Source: Hyphomicrobiales bacterium
GTDB lineage: Bacteria > Pseudomonadota > Alphaproteobacteria > Rhizobiales > NORP267
Direction: 5' to 3'
NCBI GenBank assembly: GCA_021775875.1
Contig: JAJFHA010000022.1
Coordinates: forward strand, 146,298-210,297
DNA length: 64,000 nucleotides
The notes below the pieces were generated by a model that saw only the letters and a list, made by a program, of their open reading frames with translations, was not told where the DNA came from and ran no database searches. The position numbers and the translations under genes were made by a program. This document shows, one piece after another, positions 29,645 to 40,559 of this stretch. Positions within the stretch are counted from its first letter, which is position 1, and every line of letters starts with the position of its first letter.

Positions 29645-30052
29645 TCAAACAGGCTGCGCCCGCAAGCCAATTTCATCCATATTGGCCTGGTCGCTGGCAA
29701 CTTCTTCAGCCCGAGCCCGCTCACCTTCTTTTTCTTCCATAAGCTCGATTTTCTTGAGCTCTTCGAAAGCTTCACCAAGCTCATCCTGGGCAGCTTCAAG
29801 CTGTCCGTTCAAATTTGCGGCCGACTCCAGCAGATTATCACGCCGCTGAATCGCTGCCTTGGCAAAGGTCGGATAGGCAAAATGGGTGACATCATCGATG
29901 CCTGATTTCTCCTGCTCAACCTGAATTTGCATATCCAGATCCGCAGCCATTTTCTCGAAATCGGCAATCATCGATTCAATATCGGATACCTGCCGGCGTT
30001 TTTCATCTACCTGGAAACGTTTCAGGCGAATTAGGCTTTTGCGCGACTTCAT
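29645..30052 (-). CDS. fliJ: Flagellar export protein FliJ
   Basis: MKSR.SLIRLKRFQVDEKRR...HFAYPTFA; downstream of fliI. Confidence 0.88.
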   Translation of the reverse strand: MKSRKSLIRLKRFQVDEKRRQVSDIESMIADFEKMAADLDMQIQVEQEKSGIDDVTHFAYPTFAKAAIQRRDNLLESAANLNGQLEAAQDELGEAFEELKKIELMEEKEGERARAEEVASDQANMDEIGLRAQPV

Positions 30053-30074
30053 TACTCACACTCCTTCAGGCCCG

Positions 30075-31418
30075 TCAGGGCTGGGGAAGATCATTTTGAT
30101 CGTTACCCGTGTCACCAAGTATCCCGGCGAGCCGTTGATACCCTTCTTCAATGGTCGTGTGATCCTTCTTGGTCTGTCCCAGAAACGCTTCGAGATCAGG
30201 GCGCAATTCAATTGCCCGATCCACCAGCGGGTCTGAACCCTTGCGATAAGCCCCAAGCCGGATCAGCTCCTCCATATCCTCATAAACAGCCATCGATTCC
30301 CTGGCCCGGATGATTGTTTCACGGTACGTTTCCGCGACACAGTCCGGCATGGTCCTGGAAACAGACCGCAGCACATTGATTGCCGGAAAGCGTCCCCGCT
30401 CCGCAATCCCCCGTTCCATCACGATATGGCCGTCCAAAATGGCACGCACCGCATCCGCAATGGGTTCATTGTGATCATCACCTTCCACCAGAACGGTAAA
30501 CAATCCGGTAATTGATCCATTATTTGTTCCGGGACCGGCACGTTCGAGCAATCGGGGCAGTTCCGTAAAGACGGTTGGGGTGTAGCCTTTTGTGGTCGGA
30601 GGCTCGCCGGTGGACAGGCCAATTTCCCGCTGTGCCATGGCAAACCGGGTGACGCTATCCATCAGGCAAAGTACATCATTGCCCTGATCGCGGAAATATT
30701 CAGAAAGGGAAAGCGTCAGATAGGCCGCTTGCCGCCGCGCCAAAGCGGCTTCATCAGACGTTGCCACCACAATTACACTGCGCGCCAGTCCTTCCGGTCC
30801 CAGATCATCTTCGATGAATTCCTGAACCTCCCGGCCCCGTTCACCGATCAGCCCAACCACCGACACGTCGCTGGCGGTGTTGCGTGCCAACATGGACAAC
30901 AGCACCGATTTACCAACGCCGGAACCAGCAAAAATCCCCATCCGCTGCCCCCGGCAGCAGGTAATAAACGTATTCAGCGCCCGAATACCCAAATCGAGCG
31001 GCCCCCCAACCCGGTTGCGGGTATGCGCCGCTGGTGGTGTATTTCTGAGCGGAACAGCTTGCGGGCCTTTTTCAAGCGGCCCCTTTCCATCAAGCGGCTC
31101 GCCCATGGCATTCACCACCCGGCCGAGCCAGGCGTGGGACGGAAAAACCGACTGAACTGAAGATTTCACATTGACCCGGCATCCAAGCCGGACCCCCTGC
31201 AAAGAGCCAAACGGCATGCATTGCGCCACGTCGCCCCGAAACCCCACCACTTCGCAGGAGATTGATGGCGCCATGGGCAGAATTATTTCAACCCGGGACC
31301 CAATGCTCATGGCATGGACCGGACCGGCAACCTCGATCATAAGACCGCGAATGGCCGCCACCTTGCCGCTAATGCTGGTAACGCTTAAGTCAGCAATTTC
31401 TTCTGTTAATGCAAGCAA
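30075..31418 (-). CDS. fliI: Flagellar export ATPase
   Basis: [27 protein letters not shown]. Confidence 0.96.
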   Translation of the reverse strand: MLALTEEIADLSVTSISGKVAAIRGLMIEVAGPVHAMSIGSRVEIILPMAPSISCEVVGFRGDVAQCMPFGSLQGVRLGCRVNVKSSVQSVFPSHAWLGRVVNAMGEPLDGKGPLEKGPQAVPLRNTPPAAHTRNRVGGPLDLGIRALNTFITCCRGQRMGIFAGSGVGKSVLLSMLARNTASDVSVVGLIGERGREVQEFIEDDLGPEGLARSVIVVATSDEAALARRQAAYLTLSLSEYFRDQGNDVLCLMDSVTRFAMAQREIGLSTGEPPTTKGYTPTVFTELPRLLERAGPGTNNGSITGLFTVLVEGDDHNEPIADAVRAILDGHIVMERGIAERGRFPAINVLRSVSRTMPDCVAETYRETIIRARESMAVYEDMEELIRLGAYRKGSDPLVDRAIELRPDLEAFLGQTKKDHTTIEEGYQRLAGILGDTGNDQNDLPQP

Positions 31419-31473
31419 ACAGGGTCCCCTTGGGTCAAAACATCCGCTGTTTCCGGACTTTGGGTGGGTATGG

Positions 31474-31488
31474 TTAACGAGGTGTTAA
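31474..31488. promoter_or_regulatory. CtrA box upstream of fliI
   Basis: TTAA-CGAGGTG-TTAA. Confidence 0.8.
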
Positions 31489-31744
31489 AGTTTGACCATC
31501 AAGGCCAACACATGGCCAAACAGATCGAAAAATGCGCCTTAAATGCATCAAATGAGTCGTCTGAAACATTTGCGCTTGCATCCGGGATTCCGAACTTGCT
31601 AACAAAGGTTAACAGGTGATTCGCAATGGCACAAAATAAGCCAGTTTACCCGGGATCAAACCGGATTGTTTAATCACCCAGCTTTGGTTTACGGACGGGA
31701 TCAGGGGCTTTTCGCCAAATTCCGCTAAAGTTTAGTATCAGCGT

Positions 31745-31806
31745 TTAATGCGTAGTTATTAGATTTTGTTAACCAATTCGGCGTAGCGTCTTAACTCGTA
31801 TTAACC
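31745..31806 (+). promoter_or_regulatory. ctrA autoregulatory region with clustered TTAA half-sites
   Basis: TTAA-N7-TTAT, TTAG-N6-TTAACC, TTAA-N6-TTAACC; GANTC sites further upstream. Confidence 0.55.
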
Positions 31807-31882
31807 AGTAGGTTCGGACGCATCACCGCCACGTGCCGTGCGTCTCAGAAGGCCAGAAGAGGCCAGACAGAAGGGGATTGGC

Positions 31883-32596
31883 ATGCGAGTATTATTGATT
31901 GAAGACGATAGCGCTACGGCGCAGAGCATTGAATTGATGCTCCAGTCTGAAAGTTTCAAAGTATATACAACTGATTTGGGTGAAGAGGGTGTCGATCTCG
32001 GCAAGTTGTACGATTACGACATCATCCTTCTTGATATTAATCTGCCAGACATGAGCGGCTATGAAGTTCTGAAAACGCTCCGGGTCAGCAAGGTTACAAC
32101 CCCAATCCTTATCCTGTCCGGCTTGGCTGGCATCGAAGACAAGGTGCGCGGTCTCGGCGTAGGTGCCGACGATTACATGACTAAACCGTTCCACAAGGAC
32201 GAACTGGTCGCCCGTATCCACGCCATTGTACGCCGCTCCAAAGGCCACGCCCAGTCGATCATCACAACCGGTGATCTCAAGGTGAACCTTGATACCAAGA
32301 CCGTTGAAGTCAACGGCCAGCGCGTTCACCTGACCGGCAAAGAATATCAGATGCTTGAGGTTCTTTCCCTGCGCAAGGGTACAACCCTCACCAAGGAAAT
32401 GTTCCTGAACCACCTTTACGGCGGCATGGACGAGCCTGAACTCAAAATCATCGATGTTTTCATCTGCAAGCTTCGCAAGAAACTTGCAGCCGCCACCGAC
32501 GGCAATCACCATATCGAAACGGTATGGGGACGCGGTTATGTGCTGCGCGATCCGGATGAAAGTGAAATGGAAGCACCGATGCAGGCCACTGCCTGA
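31883..32596 (+). CDS. ctrA: Cell-cycle master regulator
   Basis: [20 protein letters not shown]...[22 protein letters not shown]. Confidence 0.97.
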   Translation: MRVLLIEDDSATAQSIELMLQSESFKVYTTDLGEEGVDLGKLYDYDIILLDINLPDMSGYEVLKTLRVSKVTTPILILSGLAGIEDKVRGLGVGADDYMTKPFHKDELVARIHAIVRRSKGHAQSIITTGDLKVNLDTKTVEVNGQRVHLTGKEYQMLEVLSLRKGTTLTKEMFLNHLYGGMDEPELKIIDVFICKLRKKLAAATDGNHHIETVWGRGYVLRDPDESEMEAPMQATA

Positions 32597-32614
32597 TCGA
32601 AGCTGAAATAGAAT

Positions 32615-32650
32615 AAAAAAACCCGCGGGAATTGCCCTGCGGGTTTTTTA
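32615..32650. terminator. Bidirectional intrinsic terminator (ctrA/cheR)
   Basis: AAAAAAACCCGCGGG...CCTGCGGGTTTTTT. Confidence 0.85.
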
Positions 32651-32681
32651 TTGTCTGAATTTTTGATCTGTTTGTAGTGGC

Positions 32682-33572
32682 TTACGCGGCTCCTGAAACA
32701 GCCGACCTTGGAACAAAGACCGGTTTTGCAATGTCGACCCCGCCAACGGTTGCAGCTCCAGCGCCTTTGACTTCATAAAGGCCGCGTTTTTCTGCTACGG
32801 AATTATATTTGTCAGAAAGACCAATTACGGTTTCGGCTGCACCCAGCACAAGATAACTATTCGGGTTCATTTGATTGGCAACCCGGTCAAGCACTTCAGC
32901 CTTGGTCAGCTGGTCGAAATAAATCAATACGTTACGGCAGAACACGATATCGAATTTGCCAAGCCCGGCAAAGCTCTCCAGCAGGTTGAACTCTTTGTAG
33001 GTGACCATGGCACGAATGGATGAGTCGATTTGCCACATATCGCCTGCCTGGGAAAAATAACCGGTCAACATATGAATCGGCAGCCCGCGTTGTACCTCGA
33101 ACTGGCTGTACAGACCGGATCGTGCTTTTTCGATCACTTCGGCTGACAGATCCGTCCCGATAATCTCGATTTTCCATCCGGCAAGCCGCTCTGACATTTC
33201 TTTTAGACAGATAGCAAGCGAATACGGCTCCTGTCCGGTAGAGGCCGCCGCACACCAGATCCGCAATTTCTTGGTGCCGGAACGATCTTTCAAAAGTTCG
33301 GGCATCATGGTTTCGGTGAAATGCAGAAACGGCGTCTTGTCGCGGAAAAAGAACGATTCATTCGTCGTCATGGCTTCCGTGATGTCGTTAATGATCCCGT
33401 TATTGCCGGGCGTGCGGGTTTTGGCCACCAACTCACTCACGGATTCCATTCCGTGGCGGCGTGCAACAGGCATCAAGCGGCTCTGTAGCAGATAATCTTT
33501 TTCGCCAACCAGTACGAGGCCCGATTTTTCCTTGAGAATGGCATGCAAATAGTCACGATCTTGCGGGGTCAT
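32682..33572 (-). CDS. cheR: Chemotaxis methyltransferase
   Basis: TTNESFFFRD, CAAASTGQEPYS, FCRNVLIYF. Confidence 0.95.
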   Translation of the reverse strand: MTPQDRDYLHAILKEKSGLVLVGEKDYLLQSRLMPVARRHGMESVSELVAKTRTPGNNGIINDITEAMTTNESFFFRDKTPFLHFTETMMPELLKDRSGTKKLRIWCAAASTGQEPYSLAICLKEMSERLAGWKIEIIGTDLSAEVIEKARSGLYSQFEVQRGLPIHMLTGYFSQAGDMWQIDSSIRAMVTYKEFNLLESFAGLGKFDIVFCRNVLIYFDQLTKAEVLDRVANQMNPNSYLVLGAAETVIGLSDKYNSVAEKRGLYEVKGAGAATVGGVDIAKPVFVPRSAVSGAA

Positions 33573-34729
33573 CCGAAATTGCCTCCAAGGATTGACGCAG
33601 TACGTTTACTTAATTCATTGAGTGGAAGAACGGCGGCACATATATTCCGCCGTGCTGTTGCTCCCGGCATACCCCAGACAACTGAGGTTTCTTCATCCTG
33701 CACCAGAACATTCCCGCCGTTATTAGCAACAATTTCAGCGCCCCTCGCCCCATCATCTCCCATTCCGGTGAGAATGACAGCGAGCACCTTGGTGCCAAAG
33801 GATTTTGAAACAGCACTAAACAAAGGGTCTACCGCAGGTTTGCAGAAATTAACCATCGGACCATCGTCAAGAACGATACGGGTATCTGCGCCGCTACCAG
33901 CTAAAAGCATATGCTTCGCACCAGGCGCCACATAAAGGTGACCAGGTTTCAGGGTTTCACCATCGATCCCTTCACCGCTTTGGAGTCCTGTCTGGGCGCC
34001 CAATTGCTCTGCCAGAATAGCGGTAAACGTCGCTGGCATGTGCTGGGTCAATACAATTGGCACATGGCGCATTGCGCTAATCAATTCTGGCGTCATGAAT
34101 TCACGCAAAGCGGTCGGCCCACCCGTTGAGCAACCAATGGCCAAAATTTGCGGTCTGACACGTTGTACCGGGCGGAGACTGAATTCCGCACCTGCAGTCG
34201 CCGCCGCAACCGGTGCCTCCGTTGCTGGACTTGCAGGCTGCGCAATAGTTGGCCGAGCAATGGTTTTGGCACGTCGGAGGCCGCTATCACCAAGCGCCCG
34301 CACCTTCGCAATTAATTCACGGCGAAACTCAACCGAAGTGGTGACCCCGTGATTGCCGCTTGGTTTCGGGATGTAATCTTTTGCCCCAAGCGCCAAGGCT
34401 TCCATGCTGATTTTTGCATTTCGACCGGTCAGGGTTGAAGCCATAATCACCGAGACAGACGGTTTTAATTTGAGCAGTTGCGGCAGCGCTGTCATACCAT
34501 CCATAACCGGCATCTCGATATCCAGCACAACGATATCTGGGTCAGCCTTCACGATATCCTTGACGGCATATTCGCCATTTCTGTGGGAGGCAATCACTTC
34601 GATGCCGTCTTCTTCAGACAACCAGCGCGACAATAACCCTCTGATAACGACGGAATCGTCAACAAGCATAACCTTGATATTTTGCTGATCTGTGGCGGGC
34701 GACGGGGCCAAGTGGGTAGAGATACTCAT
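33569..34729 (-). CDS. cheB: Chemotaxis methylesterase
   Basis: Receiver + STGGP, QHMP, LTGMG.DG. Confidence 0.95.
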   Translation of the reverse strand: MSISTHLAPSPATDQQNIKVMLVDDSVVIRGLLSRWLSEEDGIEVIASHRNGEYAVKDIVKADPDIVVLDIEMPVMDGMTALPQLLKLKPSVSVIMASTLTGRNAKISMEALALGAKDYIPKPSGNHGVTTSVEFRRELIAKVRALGDSGLRRAKTIARPTIAQPASPATEAPVAAATAGAEFSLRPVQRVRPQILAIGCSTGGPTALREFMTPELISAMRHVPIVLTQHMPATFTAILAEQLGAQTGLQSGEGIDGETLKPGHLYVAPGAKHMLLAGSGADTRIVLDDGPMVNFCKPAVDPLFSAVSKSFGTKVLAVILTGMGDDGARGAEIVANNGGNVLVQDEETSVVWGMPGATARRNICAAVLPLNELSKRTASILGGNFG

Positions 34730-34764
34730 AAACGCATACCAAACTTACTCAAATGGAACTGTAG

Positions 34765-35136
34765 CTAGATCAGGCCGATTTCGCTGAATTTCGCTTCAAA
34801 AATTTCTTTGTCAAAAGGCTTCATAATATATTCGTTGGCACCGGACCGCATCGCCTTCATGATATGTCCGACATCATTTTCCGTGGTACAGAAGATGACC
34901 TTTGGTGCCTGGCCATTTTCTTCCTGGCGCAGTGCGATGAGAAAATCCATGCCATCCATGACGGGCATATTCCAGTCGAGCAGGATAACATCCGGCATCC
35001 CCTGGCGGCATTTATCAAGCGCCTCCTGACCATCTGCTGCTTCATCAATAGCAAAATTCATCTCCTCAAGGATGCGACGCGCAACCTTTCGGATTACATT
35101 GCTGTCATCGACGACAAGACAGTTTTTCATGATCAT
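34765..35136 (-). CDS. cheY: Chemotaxis response regulator
   Basis: Single receiver domain, VVDDS...LLDWNMP. Confidence 0.9.
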   Translation of the reverse strand: MIMKNCLVVDDSNVIRKVARRILEEMNFAIDEAADGQEALDKCRQGMPDVILLDWNMPVMDGMDFLIALRQEENGQAPKVIFCTTENDVGHIMKAMRSGANEYIMKPFDKEIFEAKFSEIGLI

Positions 35137-35155
35137 TTCTCCAACTCTATTTTCG

Positions 35156-35614
35156 TCACGCAGCTAAAGATTCTTTTGAAATAGCAAGCACTCGGTCAAC
35201 ATCCAGGACCACCAACAATTCACCTTCGAGGCGATGCACGCCGCCTGAAACCAACGTCCAGCAAGCATCCAGATTGGCTGGGTTCGATTCCAAATTTTCG
35301 TCTTTCAAATGCAAAACTTCACCCACGGAATCAATGAGAAGTCCGAAAGATTCATTCCCGGATTCGATTCCGACCGCCATGCATCCATGGTCGGATTTAC
35401 GATCAGGGAGTTCAAGCCGCCGTCGCATATCAATGACAGTTACAATGCGGCCACGCAAATTTAGCACCCCGGAAATATCATGATCTGACAAGGGAACTTT
35501 TGTAATTTTGTCGGGACTGAAAACGTCCTGGACCCGGTTGATCGCCAAGCCAAATAATTGACCACCGATCTTCATGGTCATGAATTCAGTGGAACTATCA
35601 GGGCTGTTACTCAT
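35156..35614 (-). CDS. cheW: Chemotaxis coupling protein
   Basis: GVLNLRGRIVTVID. Confidence 0.93.
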   Translation of the reverse strand: MSNSPDSSTEFMTMKIGGQLFGLAINRVQDVFSPDKITKVPLSDHDISGVLNLRGRIVTVIDMRRRLELPDRKSDHGCMAVGIESGNESFGLLIDSVGEVLHLKDENLESNPANLDACWTLVSGGVHRLEGELLVVLDVDRVLAISKESLAA

Positions 35615-38600
35615 GCTGCTTCTCCCACTACTTTATGGCTTTGACCGAGCACATCGATCAGTCCTTCGCGGTCAAATTTTGCTACATAATCGTGGAAACC
35701 CGCTTGGCGACCTCGCTCTAACGCTGCGGGCGAACAATGCGACGACAATGCGATAATTGGTGTCTCGGACCAACTGCCGCCAGCAAGTATTTTTTCAGCA
35801 AATTCAAAACCGTTTATGTCAGGCATTTCAATGTCGCTGACGATGATATCGAACATCACGCCTTCCTCGCAAAGGGCAAGCGCATGACCAGCAGATTCCA
35901 CCGCCGTAACCGCGTATCCGGCTGCCTTGAGCACCGGCGTCAGCATGTTTCTGAAAAAGGCGCTGTCATCGACTAGAAGGATTTTTTTGCAGAATTTATT
36001 CTGGTCAAATTCCTGACGCTGGAACCAATCTGCAAAAGCCTGAGGCAGATAATAGCCAATATCCAGAATTTCTGCAGCTTTGCCCTGGATCACAGCGGAT
36101 CCGAGCGTTCCTTCACGTTCGCTGGCAATTTCAATATCGAGTTTTTCTTCAACGACATCTACAATTTCATCGACAGCTATTCCCATGGTTCGCTCATTGT
36201 CTGCAAAGACCAGAAGCGCCTGGGTCCCCTCTTCTTTGGGCTTGCCGTCCGGATCAACAAATACCAGCGGCATCAACTTGCCACGATACTGAACCAGATA
36301 GCCGCCATTCGCATACTCAATATCACTGACTTTGATTTCTTCAAGCCGTGTAATCAGAGACAACGGAACCGCCTTCGGTTCGCCGCCAGCCACCTTGAAG
36401 AGCAGCAATGAAATCGGTTGATCCTGAGCCGTTTCACTCACGGACGTATCTTTTTTATTGTCTTCTTCGTCTGAAATTTCTGATGAGACAGCTTGGGCCA
36501 ATCCATTTGGATCGACAATCAGGATCACAGAACCATCACCAAGAATGGTATTGCCGGAAAACATGGAAATGTCGCGCAGCATTGTGGACATCGGCTTGAC
36601 CACAATTTCTTCCGTGTGGAACACCTGATCAACGACAATCCCGAAATTTTGCGGCCCAACCTGCGTGACAACGATGAAGCCATTTTCAACGTCTTCATGC
36701 TGATGCCCGGCTTCTTCATTACTTGCAACTGCTTCGTCCGATGAGGCATCTGCAGATGGTGCATTTTCTTGCTGGTCTGCAGTCTCCAATTCAGCTTCGG
36801 CTAATGCCGCACGCTCTGAAGCAAGATCGATAATTTCAGCGCCGTTCGCCCGTTTTCGTTCCAGCTCAAGCAACGTCGACAGATGAACCAGCGGCAACAA
36901 TTTGTTCCTGAGCCGCAATACGGCGGTATCCTTGATCATCTCGATCCGGTGTTCGGAATCACGATGCGCCCGAACCAGCTCAACAACGCTGAGTTGCGGT
37001 AACGCGAATTTCTCACCGCTAGATTCAACAATCAGCGCGGAGACAATTGCCAAAGTGAGCGGGATTTTGATGAAAAATGTTGTGCCAACCCCCTCCACCG
37101 ATTTGAGATCGACGGTGCCACCGATCAATTCAATATTGGAGCGCACCACGTCCATGCCGACACCACGGCCGGAGACACTGGTAACATTCTCGGCTGTCGA
37201 AAGACCGGCATTGAAAACATATCGGTGGATCTGGGCATCGGTCAGCTGGTCAGCTTCGGCTTCCGTGACCAAACCATTCAGAATGATTTTGGCTTTCAGC
37301 TTTTCTGTATTCAGCCCACGACCATCATCGGCGATTTCTATGATGATATGGCCACCTTCATGATAGGCACTGAGCAGGATTTCTCCGACCTCTGATTTAT
37401 CGGCATCTATCCTGCCCTGGGTCGTTTCCAACCCGTGATCGGCGGAATTCCGGACCATGTGGGTCAACGGATCTTTGATCAGTTCGAGCACCTGACGGTC
37501 CAGTTCGGTGTCGGCGCCCTTCATGACAAGTTCAATTTTCTTGTCCAGATCCTTTGACAAATCGCGGACAATACGAGGCAATTTCTGCCAGGCATTTCCG
37601 ATCGGCTGCATCCGGGTCTTCATGATCCCTTCCTGCAACTCACCGGTTACATTTGAGAGCCGTTGCAACGGAACTTTGAAAATACCATCGCCTTGCTGGC
37701 GTTCCATTTCCAGAAGCTGATTGCGTGTCAGAACAAGCTCGCTAACCATGGTGATCAGATGTTCAAGGGTATCGACATTGACTCTGATTGACTGGTTTTT
37801 GAGGCTTTCCTTCTTCTCGGCCGGCTTTGCGGATTCAACGGCAGACGCAACAGGCTCGCTCTTTGCCGGAGCTTCTTCAGCAAGCGCTTCCGCCACAATT
37901 TCAGGTTCCGCTTCAGGCTCGGCAGGTTTTTCCGGATCGCTTGCAACCGGGTTAATCTCCATTTCCGGCCCTTCGGCTTCCTGAAAAGCCCGCTCCAGAT
38001 CATCAAGAGAAACTTCGCCGGATTTCACTTCCCGCTCAGTCACCTTAATCGCCGCAGCATCAGCCGCTTGATCTTCTTTTACCGAAGCCTCTTCAGGCGA
38101 CTCAGCTTCCTGGAAAGCCCGCTCCAACTCATCAAGTGATACTTCACCCGGCTTCACTTCCCGCTCAGTCACCTTAATCGCTGCCGCATCAGCAGCTTGA
38201 TCTTCTTTTACCGGGGCCTCTTCAGGCGGCTCAGTTTCCACAGAACCACCCGCCGCCATGACCTCCAGTTTGGAAATCAGTTCGCTGTCAGAACCTTCCG
38301 GCTCAACTTCATTCGCCTCCAGATCAGCGAGAATAACTTTAATCTGATCAATGGATTCCAGGATCAACGTTACAGCATTCGCCGTTACCGGAACCCCGTC
38401 GCGAAACTCGCCCATAAGTGTTTCAGCAGCATGCGCCAGCGCTTCAAGGCGTGGTAAACCCAAAAATCCACACGTTCCCTTGATGGTATGAACCAACCGG
38501 AAAATATTGTTGAGGATGTCAGCGTTGTTCGGTTCCTGCTCGAATTTGATAAGTTCCATATCAACCACGTCAAGACTTTCGGTGGTCTCGGTCAAGAATT

Positions 38601-38619
38601 CACTTAATAGATCGTCCAT
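35611..38619 (-). CDS. cheA: Hybrid CheA kinase (Hpt, HATPase, two CheW domains, receiver)
   Basis: FRLVHTIKG, HMVRNSADHG, SGRGVGMDVV, C-terminal receiver. Confidence 0.95.
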   Translation of the reverse strand: MDDLLSEFLTETTESLDVVDMELIKFEQEPNNADILNNIFRLVHTIKGTCGFLGLPRLEALAHAAETLMGEFRDGVPVTANAVTLILESIDQIKVILADLEANEVEPEGSDSELISKLEVMAAGGSVETEPPEEAPVKEDQAADAAAIKVTEREVKPGEVSLDELERAFQEAESPEEASVKEDQAADAAAIKVTEREVKSGEVSLDDLERAFQEAEGPEMEINPVASDPEKPAEPEAEPEIVAEALAEEAPAKSEPVASAVESAKPAEKKESLKNQSIRVNVDTLEHLITMVSELVLTRNQLLEMERQQGDGIFKVPLQRLSNVTGELQEGIMKTRMQPIGNAWQKLPRIVRDLSKDLDKKIELVMKGADTELDRQVLELIKDPLTHMVRNSADHGLETTQGRIDADKSEVGEILLSAYHEGGHIIIEIADDGRGLNTEKLKAKIILNGLVTEAEADQLTDAQIHRYVFNAGLSTAENVTSVSGRGVGMDVVRSNIELIGGTVDLKSVEGVGTTFFIKIPLTLAIVSALIVESSGEKFALPQLSVVELVRAHRDSEHRIEMIKDTAVLRLRNKLLPLVHLSTLLELERKRANGAEIIDLASERAALAEAELETADQQENAPSADASSDEAVASNEEAGHQHEDVENGFIVVTQVGPQNFGIVVDQVFHTEEIVVKPMSTMLRDISMFSGNTILGDGSVILIVDPNGLAQAVSSEISDEEDNKKDTSVSETAQDQPISLLLFKVAGGEPKAVPLSLITRLEEIKVSDIEYANGGYLVQYRGKLMPLVFVDPDGKPKEEGTQALLVFADNERTMGIAVDEIVDVVEEKLDIEIASEREGTLGSAVIQGKAAEILDIGYYLPQAFADWFQRQEFDQNKFCKKILLVDDSAFFRNMLTPVLKAAGYAVTAVESAGHALALCEEGVMFDIIVSDIEMPDINGFEFAEKILAGGSWSETPIIALSSHCSPAALERGRQAGFHDYVAKFDREGLIDVLGQSHKVVGEAA
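37969..38226 (-). repeat. Imperfect 129-bp tandem duplication in the cheA linker
   Basis: PEEA.VKEDQAADAAAIKVTEREVK.GEVSLD.LERAFQEAE twice. Confidence 0.85.
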
Positions 38620-38758
38620 TTATAGCCCCGCATTACACACGCATTTGCGACCTGATAGGCACACAAATTATTGAAAGTCAGGGGCTAGTTTCTACGCCAA
38701 CCGTTAATTTTGATTAAAAAGAATCATTAAACTGGAACGGATTGCATTTTTATCAAAT

Positions 38759-39400
38759 TCAATCAGGGATTGCAGTAATGAAAACCCCGGTTTCTATGTC
38801 AGAAATAGTCACCGTTAAAGCGCATGCCTCGGCAAGTTTGAGAGTATAATATGGTTGAGCGGCATGTGCGTCAGCGGGTTTTTCTTGCGAACCACCAAAA
38901 TATTCAGCGATATTTTCGGCAATCCGGTGGCGCTCACCGGTGCTGACAACTTCAAGGTTTGGGGCTTCAGCATCGCCTGTAACCAAAACAGAAATCTTGC
39001 CGCCGCGCGGTATGGTTGAAATCGATATCAGCACCAGGTTCAGCAAAAGCTTTACCACATCTTTTGGCAACAGAATTGCCGGCGCACTCCATGAAAGTTC
39101 AATTTTCTTGGGATCAATATAATCTTGCGCTGCAATTTCGGCGTCTTTGATATCAATACTGGACCCTGCAGAACCTGAAGCGCCATATGCTAATCGGGCG
39201 AATTTCAGCTTGGCTGATGCCTGGTCCGCACTGCTGCGGATGAGCGTCATTGCAAATTCACGCCCTTCTTCATCGGTCTCTTCTTCAAGTACCTCCAGGC
39301 CATTGACGATAGCGCCAACGGGACTGATCACATCGTGACACACCTTGCTTGAAAGCAGGGCGGCCAGCTCCAGGGCATTGAGATCTTTTTCACCGGTCAT
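38759..39400 (-). CDS. chpT: Histidine phosphotransferase
   Basis: LAALLSSKVCHDVISPVGAIVNGLE; F.RLAYGA. Confidence 0.92.
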   Translation of the reverse strand: MTGEKDLNALELAALLSSKVCHDVISPVGAIVNGLEVLEEETDEEGREFAMTLIRSSADQASAKLKFARLAYGASGSAGSSIDIKDAEIAAQDYIDPKKIELSWSAPAILLPKDVVKLLLNLVLISISTIPRGGKISVLVTGDAEAPNLEVVSTGERHRIAENIAEYFGGSQEKPADAHAAQPYYTLKLAEACALTVTISDIETGVFITAIPD

Positions 39401-39549
39401 ACTGGTCTACTCCAAATCTGCGAATCATTCTGAAAATGTTTGCCTGTGCAGGCTCAGTTGATCAAGCGCAAGATGCTTTTGATTCTCGGCAAAATCCGTT
39501 AAATAGCTGAAAAAGCACCTCCAACACGGGTAACGGAGCTAATTTCCTC

Positions 39550-40350
39550 GTGGATCAATTTTCAGAAAATCTGGCCATAACGGCTTTAAAAGCCGGACGC
39601 GCCATTCTCGACATTTACGAGACCCCGTTCAGCGTCAATATCAAAACCGACAATAGCCCGGTGACCGAAGCTGATCAGCGGGCTGAAGATATTATCCTCG
39701 CTGACCTCGCTCAATTCGCCTCTGATATTCCTGTTATTGCAGAAGAGGCAGCGGCGGCGGGCAATATTCCAGAAGTGGGAGATCGATTTTTTCTTGTGGA
39801 CCCCCTTGACGGCACCAGGGAATTTATCAACCGCAATGGCGAATTTACCGTCAACATCGCGCTCATAGAAAACGGCATTCCGGTTCAGGGCGTAGTTTTA
39901 GCTCCCGCCACCGGTCGTTTGTTCCTGGCAGCAGGACCGGGTGATTGCATTGAGGTAGAGGTTCCTTTGAGCGATCCCCAGGCGTTTTCTCTCGATAATT
40001 CCCAAAATCTGGAAACCAGTGCACCCCAGGAAAACGGCTTGCGGGTTGTGGCGAGCCGGTCTCACCGCGACCAAAAAACCGAAGACCTGCTGGCAAACTA
40101 TCAGGTCAGCGAAATTATTGGCGCCGGATCATCTCTGAAATTCTGTCTCATTGCCTGTGGCGAAGCTGATTTTTACCCCCGCCTCGGACGCACCATGGAA
40201 TGGGACACAGCTGCCGGCCAAGCCGTGCTTGAAGCAGCCGGTGGTGTGGTGACGGAATTGGACGGAACCGGATTGCGGTACGGGAAAAAAGAACGTGGAT
40301 ATGACAATCCTGCTTTTCTGGCCTGGGGCCGCGACCCTTCATCAAGTTAG
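39550..40350 (+). CDS. cysQ: 3'(2'),5'-bisphosphate nucleotidase
   Basis: SPVTEAD, VDPLDGTREF, ASRSH, TMEWDTAAG. Confidence 0.93.
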   Translation: MDQFSENLAITALKAGRAILDIYETPFSVNIKTDNSPVTEADQRAEDIILADLAQFASDIPVIAEEAAAAGNIPEVGDRFFLVDPLDGTREFINRNGEFTVNIALIENGIPVQGVVLAPATGRLFLAAGPGDCIEVEVPLSDPQAFSLDNSQNLETSAPQENGLRVVASRSHRDQKTEDLLANYQVSEIIGAGSSLKFCLIACGEADFYPRLGRTMEWDTAAGQAVLEAAGGVVTELDGTGLRYGKKERGYDNPAFLAWGRDPSSS

Positions 40351-40353
40351 AGC

Positions 40354-40391
40354 TAAAAAAACCACCCGGGTGCGAAGTGCGCCCGGGTGGT
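40354..40391 (-). terminator. Intrinsic terminator (minus strand)
   Basis: ACCACCCGGG...CCCGGGTGGT stem with an A7 run on the left (U-tail on minus strand). Confidence 0.75.
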
Positions 40392-40559
40392 GAAGGATTC
40401 CGTGACAAGAATCTTGAGATAAACCGTGACATGCAGTGCATGTATGACAAACAGAGTGCAGCAAGATCCGTGCCAGAGGTTTTTACCGGGATAATGCTCA
40501 TTACGGCGCATTATCAGCGATCAAATACACCAACGTCTCAAGATATGTATCATTTCGGA

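Noticed and set aside
38704-38730. CtrA box upstream of cheA
   Set aside because: TTAA spacings are 6 and 9 nt rather than 7; suggestive only
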